Source: Anaeramoeba ignava BMAN (Eukaryota > Protista > Anaeramoebae). From it: a stretch of 64,000 nucleotides of DNA. The DNA lies in assembly GCA_028826165.1 (NCBI GenBank), contig JAPDFW010000092.1, positions 1 to 64,000 on the forward strand, written 5' to 3'. Shown piece by piece: positions 36,190 to 49,263 of the stretch (within the stretch, counting starts at the first letter, position 1; each line of letters starts with the position of its first letter). The notes under the pieces were generated by a model. The model did not search any database, was not told where the DNA came from, and saw only the letters and a list, made by a program, of their open reading frames with translations. A program made the translations under genes and the position numbers.

Positions 36190-37250
36190 AAATTAAAATT
36201 AAAATTAAAATTGAAATTGAAATTAAAATTGAAATTAAAATTGAAATTGAAATTGAAATTGAAATTGAAATTGAAATTGAAATTGAAATTGAAATTAAAA
36301 TTAAATTAAAATTAAAATTAAAATTAAAATTAAAATTGAAATTGAAATTGAAATTGAAATTGAAATTGAAATCAAAATTAAAATTGAAATTGAAATTGAA
36401 ATTAAAATAGAAATTAAAATTGAAATTGAAATTAAAATTAAAATTGAAATTGAAATTAAAATTAAAATTAAAATTAAAATTAAAATTTAAATTAAAATTG
36501 AAATTGAAATTAAAATTAAAATTAAAATTAAAATTAAAATTGAAATTGAAATTGAAATTGAAATTAAAATTGAAATTGAAATTGAAATTGAAATTGAAAT
36601 TGAAATTGAAATTGAAATCAAAATTAAAATTAAAATTAAAATTGAAATTGAATTTGAAATTAAAATTAAAATTGAAATTGAAATTAAAATTAAAATTAAA
36701 ATTGAAATTGAAATTGAAATTAAAATTAAAATTAAAATTAAAATTGAAATTAAAATTGAAATTGAAATTGAAATTAAAATTGAAATTGAAATTGAAATTG
36801 AAATTGAAATTGAAATTGAAATTAAAAATTGAAATTGAAATTAAAAATTGAAATTAAAATTGAAATTGAAATTAAAATGGAAATTGAAATTGAAATTGAA
36901 ATTGAAATTAAAATTAAAATTAAAATTAAAATTAAAATTGAAATTGAAATTGAAAATTAAAAATTAAAATTAAAATTAAAATTAAAATTGAAATTGAAAT
37001 TAAAATTAAAATTAAAATTAAAATTGAAATTAAAAATTGAAATTGAAATTGAAATTGAAATTAAAATTGAAATTAAAATTGAAATTAAAATTAAAATTAA
37101 AATTAAAATTGAAATTGAAATTGAAATTGAAATTGAAATTGAAATTGAAATTGAAATTGAAATTGAAATTAAAATTAAAATTAAAATTAAAATTTAAATT
37201 GAAATTAAAATTAAAATTAAAATTGAAATTGAAATTAAAATTGAAATTGA
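36190..37250. repeat. Intergenic (GAAATT/AAAATT)n hexamer array
   Basis: ~1.06-kb array between the stop of the giant gene (37255) and the ScaA-like start (36095). Confidence 0.95.
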
Positions 37251-37254
37251 TTTG

Positions 37255-40200
37255 TTAAACATTTCGATAAGCTCCTCCTTCATGAAGTTTTGCAACAAAT
37301 TTTTGAATTTGTTCAAAATTTGTGAATTTCAAAACCCAAATTCCATTATTTTCCAATTCAATTTGAATCAAAGGTGATTTTTGTGATTTTTTTAATTTTG
37401 AATTTGGATGAATCTTAAATTTATAAACTTCAAAATTTTCTGTAGTGAAAACCATATAAGAATCAATATAATCAATAAGAGTTGTTGTTTTTTCTAATTT
37501 TGGATTTGAACATTTAGAAATTTCCACTTTTAATAATGAACGTGAATTTTGAAGTTCTTTCAAAAAATCTTCTTGTTCATTTTCATTTTGTAATGAAAAA
37601 ACAAGTGAATATGCTGGAACTACTATTTGAATTGCTTTCCGATTTTTTGATCGTTTCAGTTTAAATTCTGGATCTTTGAAATCAAATATCATTTTTTTGT
37701 TGTTGAGTGATACAGAAATATTAAATGGTGTTAATACTAATGTTGATGTTGAAAGTATTTCATATTTAGTATTCAAAATGTTAACTAAATAGTTGTGAGC
37801 TGAATTTTCTTTAACTGATTTAATATTATCATCTAAGTCTGATTCTGATTTTGATTTTGATTTTGATTTTGATTTTGATTTTGAATCTGATTTAGATTTT
37901 GATTTTGATTTTGATTTTGATTTTGATTTTCCAATATTTGTTTCTTTTCTTTTTGCTTTTCTTGTTCTTCTTTATCCTTCTTTTCTTTTTCTTCTTTATC
38001 TTCTTTATCTTTTTGTTTTCTTTCTTTATCCTCTTTTTCTTTTTCTTTTTGTTTTCTTTCTTTTTCTTCTTTATCTTTCTTTTCTTGTTCTTCTTTTTCT
38101 CTTTGTTTTCTTTCTTTTTCTTCCTTATCTTTCTTTTCTTGTTCTTCTTTTTCTCTTTGTTTTCTTTCTTTTTCTTCTTTTAGTTTTTTCTTCTGTTCTT
38201 CTTTTTCTCTTTGTTTTCTTTCTTTTTCTTCTTTTTTTTCTTTTTGTTTTCTTTCTTTTTCTTCTTTTGCTTTTTGTTTTTGTTCTTCTTTTTCTCTTTG
38301 TTTTCTTTCTTTTTCTTCTTTTGCTTTTTGTTTTTTTTCTTCTTTTTCTCTTTGTTTTTTTTCTTTTTCTTCTTTTTGTTTTAATTTCTTAGATTCATTT
38401 TTAGGATCTTGTTTTTGAGTTGTTTGTTGATTAGATTGAATATTTTGTTGATTTAATTGTGAGTTTTCCTGATTATCTTGATTTGATTCAATTTTTGTTT
38501 GTTCTTTGTTTTGTTCTGTATCTTTTTCTGTATCTTTTATAGATTTTCTATGATGTGAATCAGAAGAATCAAAAGATTCTGTTGATGTTGATGTTGATGT
38601 TGATTTTGATTTTGATTTTGATTTTGATTTTGATTTTGGTTTAACTTGAGTTATTTCAATATTTTCTTTTTCTTCTTGATCTGATTTAGATTTAGATTTA
38701 GATTTTGATTTTGATTTAGATTTTGATTTTGGTTTAACTTGAACTGTTTGAATAATTTTTTGTTTTTCTTCTTGATCGGATTTTGATTTTGATTTTGATT
38801 TAGATTTTGATTTTGGTTTAACTTGAGTTATTTCAATATTTTCTTTTTCTTCTTGATCTGATTTAGATTTAGATTCTGATTTAGATTTAGATTTAGATTT
38901 AGATTTAGATTTAGATTTTGGCTTAACTTGAACTGTTTGAATAATTTTTTGTTTTTCTTCTTGATCGGATTTTGATTTTGATTTTTCCAATATTTGTTTC
39001 TTTTCCTTTTCCTTTTCTTTTTCTTTTTCTTCTTTATCTTTATCTTCTTTTTCTTTCTGCTTTCTTTCTTGTTCTTCTTTTTCTCTTTGTTTTTCTTCTT
39101 TTGCTTTTTGTTTTTTTTCTTCTTTTTCTCTTTGTCTTTTTTCTTTTTCTTCTTTTTCTCTTTGTTTTCTTTCTTTTTCTTTCTTTTCTTTTTCTTCTTT
39201 TTCTTTTTGTTTTCTTTCTCTTTCTTCTTTATCTTTCTTTTCTTTTTCTTCTTTTGCTTTTTGTTTTTGTTCTTCTTTTTCTCTTTGTTTTCTTTCTTTT
39301 TCTTCTTTTGCTTTTTGTTTTTTTTCTTCTTTTTCTCTTTGTTTTTTTTCTTTTTCTTCTTTTTGTTTTAATTTTTTAGATTCATTTTTAGAATCTTGTT
39401 TTTGAGTTGTTTGTTGATTTAATTGTGAGTTTTCCTGATTATCTTGATTTGATTCAATTTTTGTTTGTTCTTTGTTTTGTTCTGTATCTTTTTCTGTATC
39501 TTTTATAGATTTGCTATGATGTGAATCAGAAGAATCAGAAGATTTTGATTTTGATTTTGATTTTGATTTTGATTTTGATTTTGATTTTGATTTTGATTTT
39601 GATTTTGATTTTGGTTTAACTTGAGTTATTTCAATGTTTTGTTTTTCTTCTTGATCTGATTTTGATTTTGATTTAGATTTAGATTTAGATTTAGATTTAG
39701 ATTTAGATTTTGATTTTGATTTTGATTTTGATTTTGATTTTTTTTCCTTATCTTGATTATCAATTTCATTTTGACGAAGTTCTTTAAGAATAAGATGAAA
39801 TGTTTTGGTAAAATCATCTTTAATTTTTGAATCTGAAAAATTCAATAAGAAAGTTTCATTTTTTTGAATAACTACTTGAATAAAATTAGGGTTTTTCTTT
39901 GAGGATCTCAAAACAGATTGTGAATTCAAATTAAATTGTTTTTTGTTATTTGAATCTTTAAAAGTCAAAATAATAGAATTTCCAGAGAAATATGACAAAG
40001 AAGAAAGTGGTTTTGACTTTGTATTCTGTGAGAAATTTGCAGGAAATGAAGGTGAATCAATATTCAAATCTTGATCTTCTTTTTCAATATTTAAATTTTG
40101 ATCTTCTTTTTCAATATTCAAATTTTGATCTTCTTTTTTAATATTCAAATTTTGATCTTCTTTTTCAATATTTAAATCTTGATCTTCTTTTTCAATATTT

Positions 40201-43200
40201 AAATCTTGATCTTCTTTTTCAATATTCAAATCTTGATCTTCTTTTTCAATATTCAAATCTTGATCTTCTTTTTCAATATTTAAATCTTGATCTTCTTTGG
40301 GTGGTTGAGGAATAAATAGAAGATCCTTTTGGAAATGTTGTTTCTCAAGAGTAAAACTTCCTGATCTCCGTTGTGCTTGATTGCGAGCCTTTTCTTTCCA
40401 TTTAATAAACAAAAGAAACTGTAGAAGTAAAGGTGTGAATTTCTGTTTTTCACATGAAATTTGATATTCAAATAACTTCTCTTTTTTAGATCGCCATGAA
40501 ACAAAAAAACTAGATGACTGATTTGGTTTTGCCTTGATTTCAATATCAGAAAACGATATCTTATAAGAACTTGCTATCTTTTTTCGAACAGGATAAAGAA
40601 CAAAATGTTCAGACGATAATTTAACAAGTCCAAGAGTGTGCTTGAGCGCTTGTTTTGCATCCACTTTGAGTCTTTGTGGAAGAGTAAAAACACGTCGAAT
40701 TGTCTGGAAAACACTTGAAGCTCGTTTCATCTCCTCGATACTGGAAAAGAAGAAAACAATGCGCGAAGATTGCATTTTGAGTCGGATTGATTTGGCAGAT
40801 GAAGATTCTTTGTAAGAAAAGGATTTGTGAAGTCTGTAATTTTGAATTGGGTTGTTTTTCGATGTAATTGTTAAAAGATCACCAAGAATTTGGAGTTGAG
40901 GAGATTCGAAATTTTGTGCAGGATCGGTTTTGATTTTTGACAGACTGAACTTGGCTTGCAAAATGAGATCGAGTTCTGATAAATAATTGGGCATAATCTT
41001 TTCGGATGATTCCTGAGGTTTGTGTTTCGTCATCAATCTCAAGTTCGCTTTGGATTGTTTTTTCGTTATCGGGAACATTTTCAACCAAGTTCTCGAGACT
41101 GGATTGTTCGAGCTCTTTTTTCATTGCGAATATCTCTGGACGGAATTTGTTCCAGAGAATGGATGGGCTCTGGAATTTGATAAAAAGACGGAATGCATCA
41201 CCCGAAATAATCTTGGCATCTTCCGAATCCTTGTTGAACATAATTCGGGCGGATCGAAGAGGCATATGAACTGAATCAAGATCCTTTAAGGATCGATAAA
41301 CTACAATTTCCTCAGGAGATATTGCAAGTTTTCCGTTGGAAAGGGGAGCACCATTGAGCGAGAAAAGCACTCGATATTTCGAGAGTTGCGGTTTTATTCC
41401 AATTAAAATTTCAGTTCTTAGATTTTCTGTGTTGTGTATTCTGTTGAAAATGAGCATGAATCGTCTTTGCTCTTCTTCGGAAGAAAAATCCAGTGAAATG
41501 GTTTTGTCGGGAAGTGTGATGGTTACATGAAGAGGTATTTCCGGTGACTCAATCGCGCGCGCCTTTCGTGTTTTGTGGAAAGAAGCACCGTTTTTGTAGC
41601 ACGCAATAAGGAATCCATAATGGAGAATAACACGAACTGCATTTTGAGTGCGTTCGTCAATTGAGAACCGTTTAGGATCAAATACAATCTGTTCGGTTGT
41701 CTCCAGTGCACGAAATTGCTCGAAAATAGATGCGAATCTGAGGAATCTGTCAACATATTTCTTGAAGGAAACTGCAAAAAGTTGTGCTTTTTCGGAACTC
41801 GCAAACACAAGTGAAAAATGTCTTTGTGAACTTAATAATAAATGAACTTTTTCAGGACTTTGTTTTTTAAATCCAACACGAATAGTCTTCGAATACTCGA
41901 ACGCAAGTTTTTCTGCAACGACGAAATGGGGAACCTTTGCAATCTCATCTTGTGCATTAAAATTATCTGCACCAGAACGGACTTTTCCTGTAGTCATAAA
42001 GTAATTGTGGAGCCATTCAAAAATATCCCTTTGCGGACCCATTTGATTTTGTGCCATTTTCTTGACATCTTCTTCCAGTTTCTGATCAACAGGTTCGTAT
42101 ATTGTGATTTTGAAACCTTCTCCACTTAGTCGGATCTGTGCGTTTCTGAGCGTGTCTACTCGCGGGATCTTTGCAAAACAATCAAAATCTTGAGGATGAG
42201 AATATTTGTCCCATAAATGATAAATCAAAAGTGATCCGCGTTTCTTTCTTGCGAAATCAAGCCGAAACCCCTTGCGCATTTCATTGCTTGAAAAAGCAAG
42301 GTGCACAAAGCTATATTCATCGATCTGGAATCGACATTGCAGAACGTTATGGAAGAAAAGTTTAGAATAAGCCGAATATCGTCTTGCGAGCCTTTTATCT
42401 AAGAAAGATACCACAAAATGAGTCTCGAGAAGCTCAATCTCGCATGGCACAGCTCCATATGCAAAAGAATCCGAAAGTGCCAATGCATATCTTGTTGCTC
42501 GCAATCTTTGTCGACTCAATGATAAAGCACTGAGCATGTTTTCCCCGTTATATTCAAAAAGTGTTTTTTTTGTGTTATTTTTTGAGAAATATTTTTTCGC
42601 TTTTGCATGCACGGTATTTTCAGGAGCAAGAGCAAAAACAAACCATCCATTCTTTGTTGCGTTTTGTGAGATTGTTCCGGATTGATGAATTTTTCGAAAA
42701 ACAAGAAAAGTGTTAACAAAAAGATCGCGACTGAACGCGTCTTTCAGGATGACATTCATGTTTTTTTCTGTTCCAAGAACAAAAAGTGCGCGATTGGGTT
42801 TGAGAAGATGAAGATACATCATTTGTGAATCGTTATACTCTACATTATAAACGGTAAATTGCCCACTATTGGCATTTTTTGCGGCTCGAATTTCAAGTCC
42901 GTTAAACGTCATTTTAACAACACCCAAAAATTCTGTTTGACTTGTAATTTTCATTGAAAATTCTGCCTCTTTTTTGTAGATAAATCCTTGGATTTGTTTG
43001 TTCATCTCCTCGCTTCGTTTGTTATGAAGTAGTCGCGATTTCGCTCTAAACCAATCTGTTACTGGTTGAAGTCCCTGTGATTGCAAATACTTTGCCTCTC
43101 CATTCTTTCCGAATTGTGTGTACATGTAGTACTGACCCATTTCTTCAGGATCGAATTCTGGATCCTTTCTTTCTTTTTGGTTCTGCATTTCCACATTTGA

Positions 43201-46200
43201 TTCTTTTGTTGTCATTTTTTCTTCTTTCAAAAAGATTTCGTTTTTTGGATTTTCAATCCAGTTTCTTTTTTGCTCTTCTTTTTTCCGTCTCGAATCCCCG
43301 CTCATATTAACAGGGCTTGCAGTGAATATTCCTGAAGAAAACTTGTTAATCTTTATCGGAGTACTTTCTTGTGTGGGAACTTGTAGCTTGTCTTGAATCT
43401 GTGGTGACATGTTTAACTGATCAATTGTTCCCATTGATTTTAAACTGGAAAGATTTGAATTAATTCCTTGTTGTGGTTGTGTGTCTGCGCTTTGTGCGGT
43501 GATGTCTTGAGAAAACCGCAAAATAACCTCTCTTTGGTTCTCATTTGTGCAAACAATAATGATCGGAATCACAGTTGTTCGTGTATACAAAATCAGCTGT
43601 TTTTTATTTGAAATATTCACTTTTAATTGGTAAGTTTGAGTGTTATTTATAATCATTTCTTGTGTTATTTGTTTGATAATTGTAATATTTCCATTATTTA
43701 AAGTCAAGATTCCAGGAACAACTTCCTTGTTGTTGATTTGAATCCCAACATGAAATCCAAATCTTCCTTGGGAAAGACAGAATTTAACAAGAGCATCAAT
43801 CTCGTTGTAAATTCCAAGAATATCTTCTCTGAATCCTCCTTGTCGGATCATGTCTTCTGTGTAGTATTTAAACATCCGAAAAGTGCGAATAATTTCATAT
43901 TGTTGATTTTCATCATCAAGTTTTAATGCAAATTGTTTGATTCCATCTATAAATATCCCTACTCCATCTGAAGATTCCTCTTCAAATTCTATCTCTCCTC
44001 CGTATGTTGCAGATATGATTGTCTGATCCATGCTTTTGATGTGGAAATGTGTTCGTTTCATCTTCAAAACTGCTCGTATTGTTTTTGTTTCCAAATCTAA
44101 AAGAACATGGAATTGAGCCATTCCTGATACAAAATTAAACTGCACTCTTTTGTTGTTTTCTTTTTGGAGCATTCCTGTTTCTTTTTGTTTAGGTTTAGTG
44201 AATAGTGATATTTGTGAAATTGGTTTTTTTGTTTCGTTTTTCAAAAGTGATTCTGCAAATTCTTTGTCATCTGTTTCCCAATTTGTTATTTTTTCATTCA
44301 TTTTTGTGAGTAAGTCATCTTTTTCGTTAATTTCGAATTTTTGATATTGGGCTATTTCGATTTCTTCGAATTCGGATTCTTCTTTGCTTTCTGTAGTTTC
44401 TGATTCTTTTTCTGATTCTTTTTCTGATTCTTTTGATTTAGATTTAGATTTAGATTCTTTTTCTGATTCTTTTTCTGATTCTTTTTCTGATTCTTTTTCT
44501 GATTCTTTTTCTGATTCTTTTTCTGATTCTTTAGATTTAGATTTAGATTCTTTTGATGATTCTTTTGATGATTCTTTTGATGATTCTTTTGATTTTGATG
44601 TTGATTTAGATTTAGATTTAGATGTTGATTTTGATGTTGATTTAGATTTTGATTTTGATGTTGATTTAGATTTAGATTTAGATTTAGATTTTGATGTTGA
44701 TTTAGATGTTGATTTTGATGTTGATTTTGATTTTGATGTTGATTTAGATTTTGATTTAGATTTAGATTTTGATTTTGATTTTTCTTCAATATTTTCTTTT
44801 TCTTCAATATTTTCTTTTTCTTCAATATTTTCGATTTTCTCTGAAAATTTATAACCATAAATTAAATGATATAAAATCATCGCATTTTCAAATGTTGATA
44901 TACTACAAAAATAATTACTTCCATCTGAAAATTTTAATTGAAATAACATTGGTTTTTGTGAATGAACTTTTAATACAATATCATTATATTCTTTGACTTG
45001 TGTTTTAACATTCTCTTCCAAATCAAGAAATTGTAATGTTAAATTATTTGATTTTAAAATGATTTCTCCTGTTAAAATATCTTTTTCAGAAAGCACTGTA
45101 ATAACAAAATGATTTTCATTTCGTAATTTTAAATAAGATTCAATTATGTTTTTGGTTTCTTCTTTAAGATTTGATCTTGGTTTGAAAACAACAAATAAAT
45201 CTTTTCTTTTTCTTGATGTTAAATGGAAAATTGAACTTTGTTTTGGAGGTTTCACTTGTGATGTTGTTTTAGTTAAAAATGGAATTGCTTTATTATATGG
45301 TGATTCTTTTGTAATTTTAAGTAATTCTCCAATTAATACGCAAAGAACTGTTGAAAATGAATAGATAGTAAATGTATTAATTTTGGTTTTGATTTCGATA
45401 TATTTGAAATCAGAACTTAGATTCCACTAATATAAATATAATGTAAAAATATTTAATTTTATTATTTTAATTTTAATTTTAATTTTGATTTAACTTAATT
45501 TTAAAATGAAATACCTCCAAATTTGTTAAAATATCTTTTAAAATACTATTTGTTCCAATAAGAATTTGAACTCTTTTATGTCCTGATCCAACTCTTAAAA
45601 TACCATCGAGAAAATCTTCATTTTGTTTAATTTTTATAGGAAAAGAAGTTCCGCCTTGATCAAATATACCTTTAGCAAGTTTTTTATAAGGAATATCATC
45701 TTCATATTTATTTGTAAATAACTTCAAAGCATCAACTGTTTTTTCACTTGATTTTAACTTTTTTTGTTGATCTTTTGACTCATAAATCAACTTATAAATA
45801 TGATCGACAAAAGGAACTACATTCAAAATATCTGGAAATGTTGATTCAAATAATTGTAAATAACCTTTTGTTAAATGAAATATTGCAACTTGTAAAGTTG
45901 GATCTGAATTCAAAGCATTAAGAGCTGATGGTTGAATATAAAAATTTAAATTTTGTATCCATGATTTGAATCCTAAAAGTTTTTGTGATACAAAAATATC
46001 TACTTTCCCTAATGAATTTGCTAATATCAACATGAAATCATTTTCTTTCTCAATAAAACATCCTTTTAAATTAATTGTAATTGTATCAAGTTTTTTGATT
46101 CTTCGTTTGATTTTTGATTGAAATTTTTGCATCAAGTTTGAAAAGTCATAAACTTCTAAATTAAGTTTTGGTTCTATTCCTTTTTGTTCTGTTATTTTTG

Positions 46201-47475
46201 AAATACTTATTAATAATGTGTAAAAATCTGAAATTTCAGCTTGTTTTGAAAGTAAATCTTTTTCTGAAATTCCAATTTTTTTGCATTCTTCATTAATTTG
46301 TTCAATCATTTTTGTTTTATCATTCCTAAATTTATATTTAAATTTATATTTATATTTATATTTATATTTATATTTATAATTATATTTATATTTATATTTA
46401 TATTTATATTTATATTTATATTTATATTTATATATTTATATTTAAATTTATATTTATATTTATATTTATATTTATATTTATATTTAAATTTATATTTAAA
46501 TTTATATTTAAATTTATATTTATATTTATATTTATATTTATATTTATATTTATATTTATATTTATATTTATATTTATATTTATATTTATATTTATATTTA
46601 TATTTATAATTATATTTATATTTATATTTATATTTATATTTATATTTATATTTATATTTATATTTATATTTATATTTATATTTATATTTATATTTATATT
46701 TATATTTATATTTATATTTATATTTATATTTATATTTATATATTTATATTTATATTTATATTTATATTTATATTTTTATATTTATATTTTATATTTTATA
46801 TTTATATTTATATTTATATTTATATTTATATTTATATTTATATTTATATTTATATTTATATTTATATTTATATTTTATTTTATATTTTATATTTTATTTT
46901 ATATTTATATTTATATTTATATTTATATTTATATTTATATTTATATTTATATTTTATATTTTATTTATTTTATATTTATATTTATATTTTTTATTTATAT
47001 TTTATATTTATATTTATATTTATATTTATATTTATATTTATATTTATATTTATATTTATATTTATATTTATATTTATATTTATATTTATATTTATATTTA
47101 TATTTATATTTATATTTATATTTATATTTATATTTATATTTATATTGATATTTATATTTATATTTATATTTATATTTATATTTATATTTATATTTATATT
47201 TATATTTATATTTATATTTATATTTATATTTATATTTATATTTATATTTATATTTATATTTATATTTATATTTATATTTATATTTATATTTATATTTATA
47301 TTTATATTTATATTGAGAATAAAAATATTTACTTTTGTAAAGGATTTAATTGTTCATTTGAAACTTTTTTTAATATTGAATAAATCACTTCAGCTAATTC
47401 AATTAAATCAGGATTTGACATGTATTTATGTGTCATGTCTCCAATCCAATCTAAAATTCTGTTTTTATGTTGCAT
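37255..47475 (-). CDS. Giant (~3000 aa) protein: N-terminal calponin-homology-like domain + many PH-like modules + SK/KE low-complexity tracts; exons 47475-47333, 46325-45515, 45426-37255 (frameshifts near ~41000 and ~37930)
   Basis: Spliced N-terminus [13 protein letters not shown]...|[25 protein letters not shown]...[19 protein letters not shown] is CH-like. ORF-track pieces 45479-46309, 40879-45255, 37833-41084 and 37255-37776 are collinear. Recurrent beta-rich modules end in 'F.F.S.EE...F' helices. Confidence 0.6.
46330..47312. repeat. (TATATT)n microsatellite filling intron 1 of the giant gene
   Basis: Directly visible, ~1 kb. Confidence 0.95.
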
Positions 47476-47728
47476 TTTTAAATTGAAATTAAAATGTAAA
47501 ATTAACGCAAAATGGTAAAAAAAAAATGAAAAAACAAAAAAGAAAAAAAATTTTTTTATTTTTTTTATTCTTCTTTTTTATTTTATTTTTTATTTTTTTT
47601 TCCTAAATCTTTTTTTAAAAATTCAATCAATTCAATTTAATCCAATTAATCTAATTCAATTCAATTCAATTTAATCAATTTAATTCAATTCAATTCAATT
47701 CAATCCAATTTAATCAATTCAATCCAAT

Positions 47729-48942
47729 TTAATCAATTCTAAGTTTTTTTTGCTTTTCTTTTTTCATTAATAAAAGAACAAAATAAATGTAAATTTTGTT
47801 GTCAAAGAAAATCTAATAATTTTATATTTTATATTTATATTTATATTTAATTTTATAAATAATTTTATATTTATATTTATATTTATTTTTAAATAATTTT
47901 ATATTTAATTTATATTTAATTTTATAATTTTATAAATAATTTTATATTTAATTTTATTAATAATTTTTATTAATAATTTTATATTTAATTTTATATTTAT
48001 TTTAAATAATTTTATAATTAATTTTATATTTATTAATAATTTTTATTTATTTTTATATTTTATATTTATATTTATATTTATATTTATATTTATGTTTCTA
48101 TTTATATTGAGAATAAAAATATTTACTTTTGTAAAGGATTTAATTGTTCATTTGAAACTTTTTAATAATTTTATAAATAATTTTATATATTCAATTTTTA
48201 AATAATTTTGAAATGTTTTTAAATAATTTTATTAATCCAATTTAAAAATGTTTTTATGTTGCATTTTTAAATTGAATTTTAAAAATTAAAATTAAAATAA
48301 TTTTATTAAAATTTTAAAATTAAAAAGAAAAAATTTTTATTTTTTTATTCTTTTTATTTTTATTTTTATAAATCTTTTTAAAAAATTCAATAATTTAATT
48401 TTTTTAATTAATTTAATAATTAATTTCAAATCAATTCAATCAATTAATTTTATTAATTTAATCAATTTAATAATTTTATAAATAATTTTAAAATAATTTA
48501 ATTCAATTTTATAAATAATTCAATTCAATTCAATTAATTTTAATTCAATTCAATAAATAATTTAATAAATAATTTTATAATTAATTTTTGCTTTTCTTTT
48601 TCATTAATAAAAGAATAAAAATAAATAAAAATTTTGTTAATAAAGAAAATTTAATAATTTTATATAATTTTATAAATAATTTTATTAATAATTTTATAAA
48701 TAATTTTATTAATAATTTTATAAATAATTTAATAAATAATTTTATTAATAATTTTATAAATAATTTTATAAATAATTTTATAAATAATTTTAATAATTTT
48801 ATATAAAAAATGTTTTTATATTAAAGGATATAATAGCAACTAAATGAACGACAACCAAAACAAAAATTATAAATCCTGTTAAAAAAGATATCCCTGAACT
48901 TGAATTTGTTGAATTATTTGGTTCAATTTTATCTTCTCCCAT
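47729..48942 (-). CDS. 56-aa single-pass membrane microprotein; exons 48942-48832 and 47788-47729, split by an AT-AC intron
   Basis: MGEDKIEPNNSTNSSSGISFLTGFIIFVLVVVHLVAI|IYFVLLLMKKEKQKKLRID*; TCATTTT initiator motifs upstream of the ATG; splicing gives a continuous TM helix followed by a basic tail. Confidence 0.7.
47789..48831 (-). other. U12-type (minor spliceosome) AT-AC intron
   Basis: 5' site ATATCCTTTAA (48831-48821); branch-site-like TTTTCTTTGAC (47811-47801); 3' end ATTTAC (AC at 47790-47789); phase 0. Confidence 0.72.
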
Positions 48943-49263
48943 AATAATTATTTTAAAAATGAAAAAAAAATGAAAAAAAATGAAAAATTTGTTTTTTTTT
49001 TTTAATTTTTTTATTTTGGAAATTAGAAAAAAAAAATTATTTACTCGAAATTAAATCATTTCCAAATTGAAAAAAAAAAAGGATTTCTTTTTGATTAAAA
49101 TAATTGATTTTTGATTTGATTTTTGATTTGATTTTGGAAAAAATTTTTCAATCCAAAAAAAAAATTTTCAAATAAAATTAAATAGAAATTAAATTTTAAA
49201 ATGAAATTCAATAAATTAAAATTTGTTTTGTTTTTAAATTGTTTTTAAATTAGAAAAATAATT

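Noticed and set aside
36060-37258. Poly-LK/IE ORFs in the track (also the MK, IK, NF, IF, FD ORFs at 3205, 17274, 20230-21309, 46298, 47145, 51471, 52741, 54198)
   Set aside because: They are translations of hexamer microsatellites or antisense/off-frame shadows of low-complexity coding tracts.
30409-45255. Inteins or HGT insertions explaining the GC-rich segments
   Set aside because: No C/S-start...HN-C/S/T splice motifs or LAGLIDADG blocks seen; GC changes gradually within continuous eukaryotic-type coding sequence.
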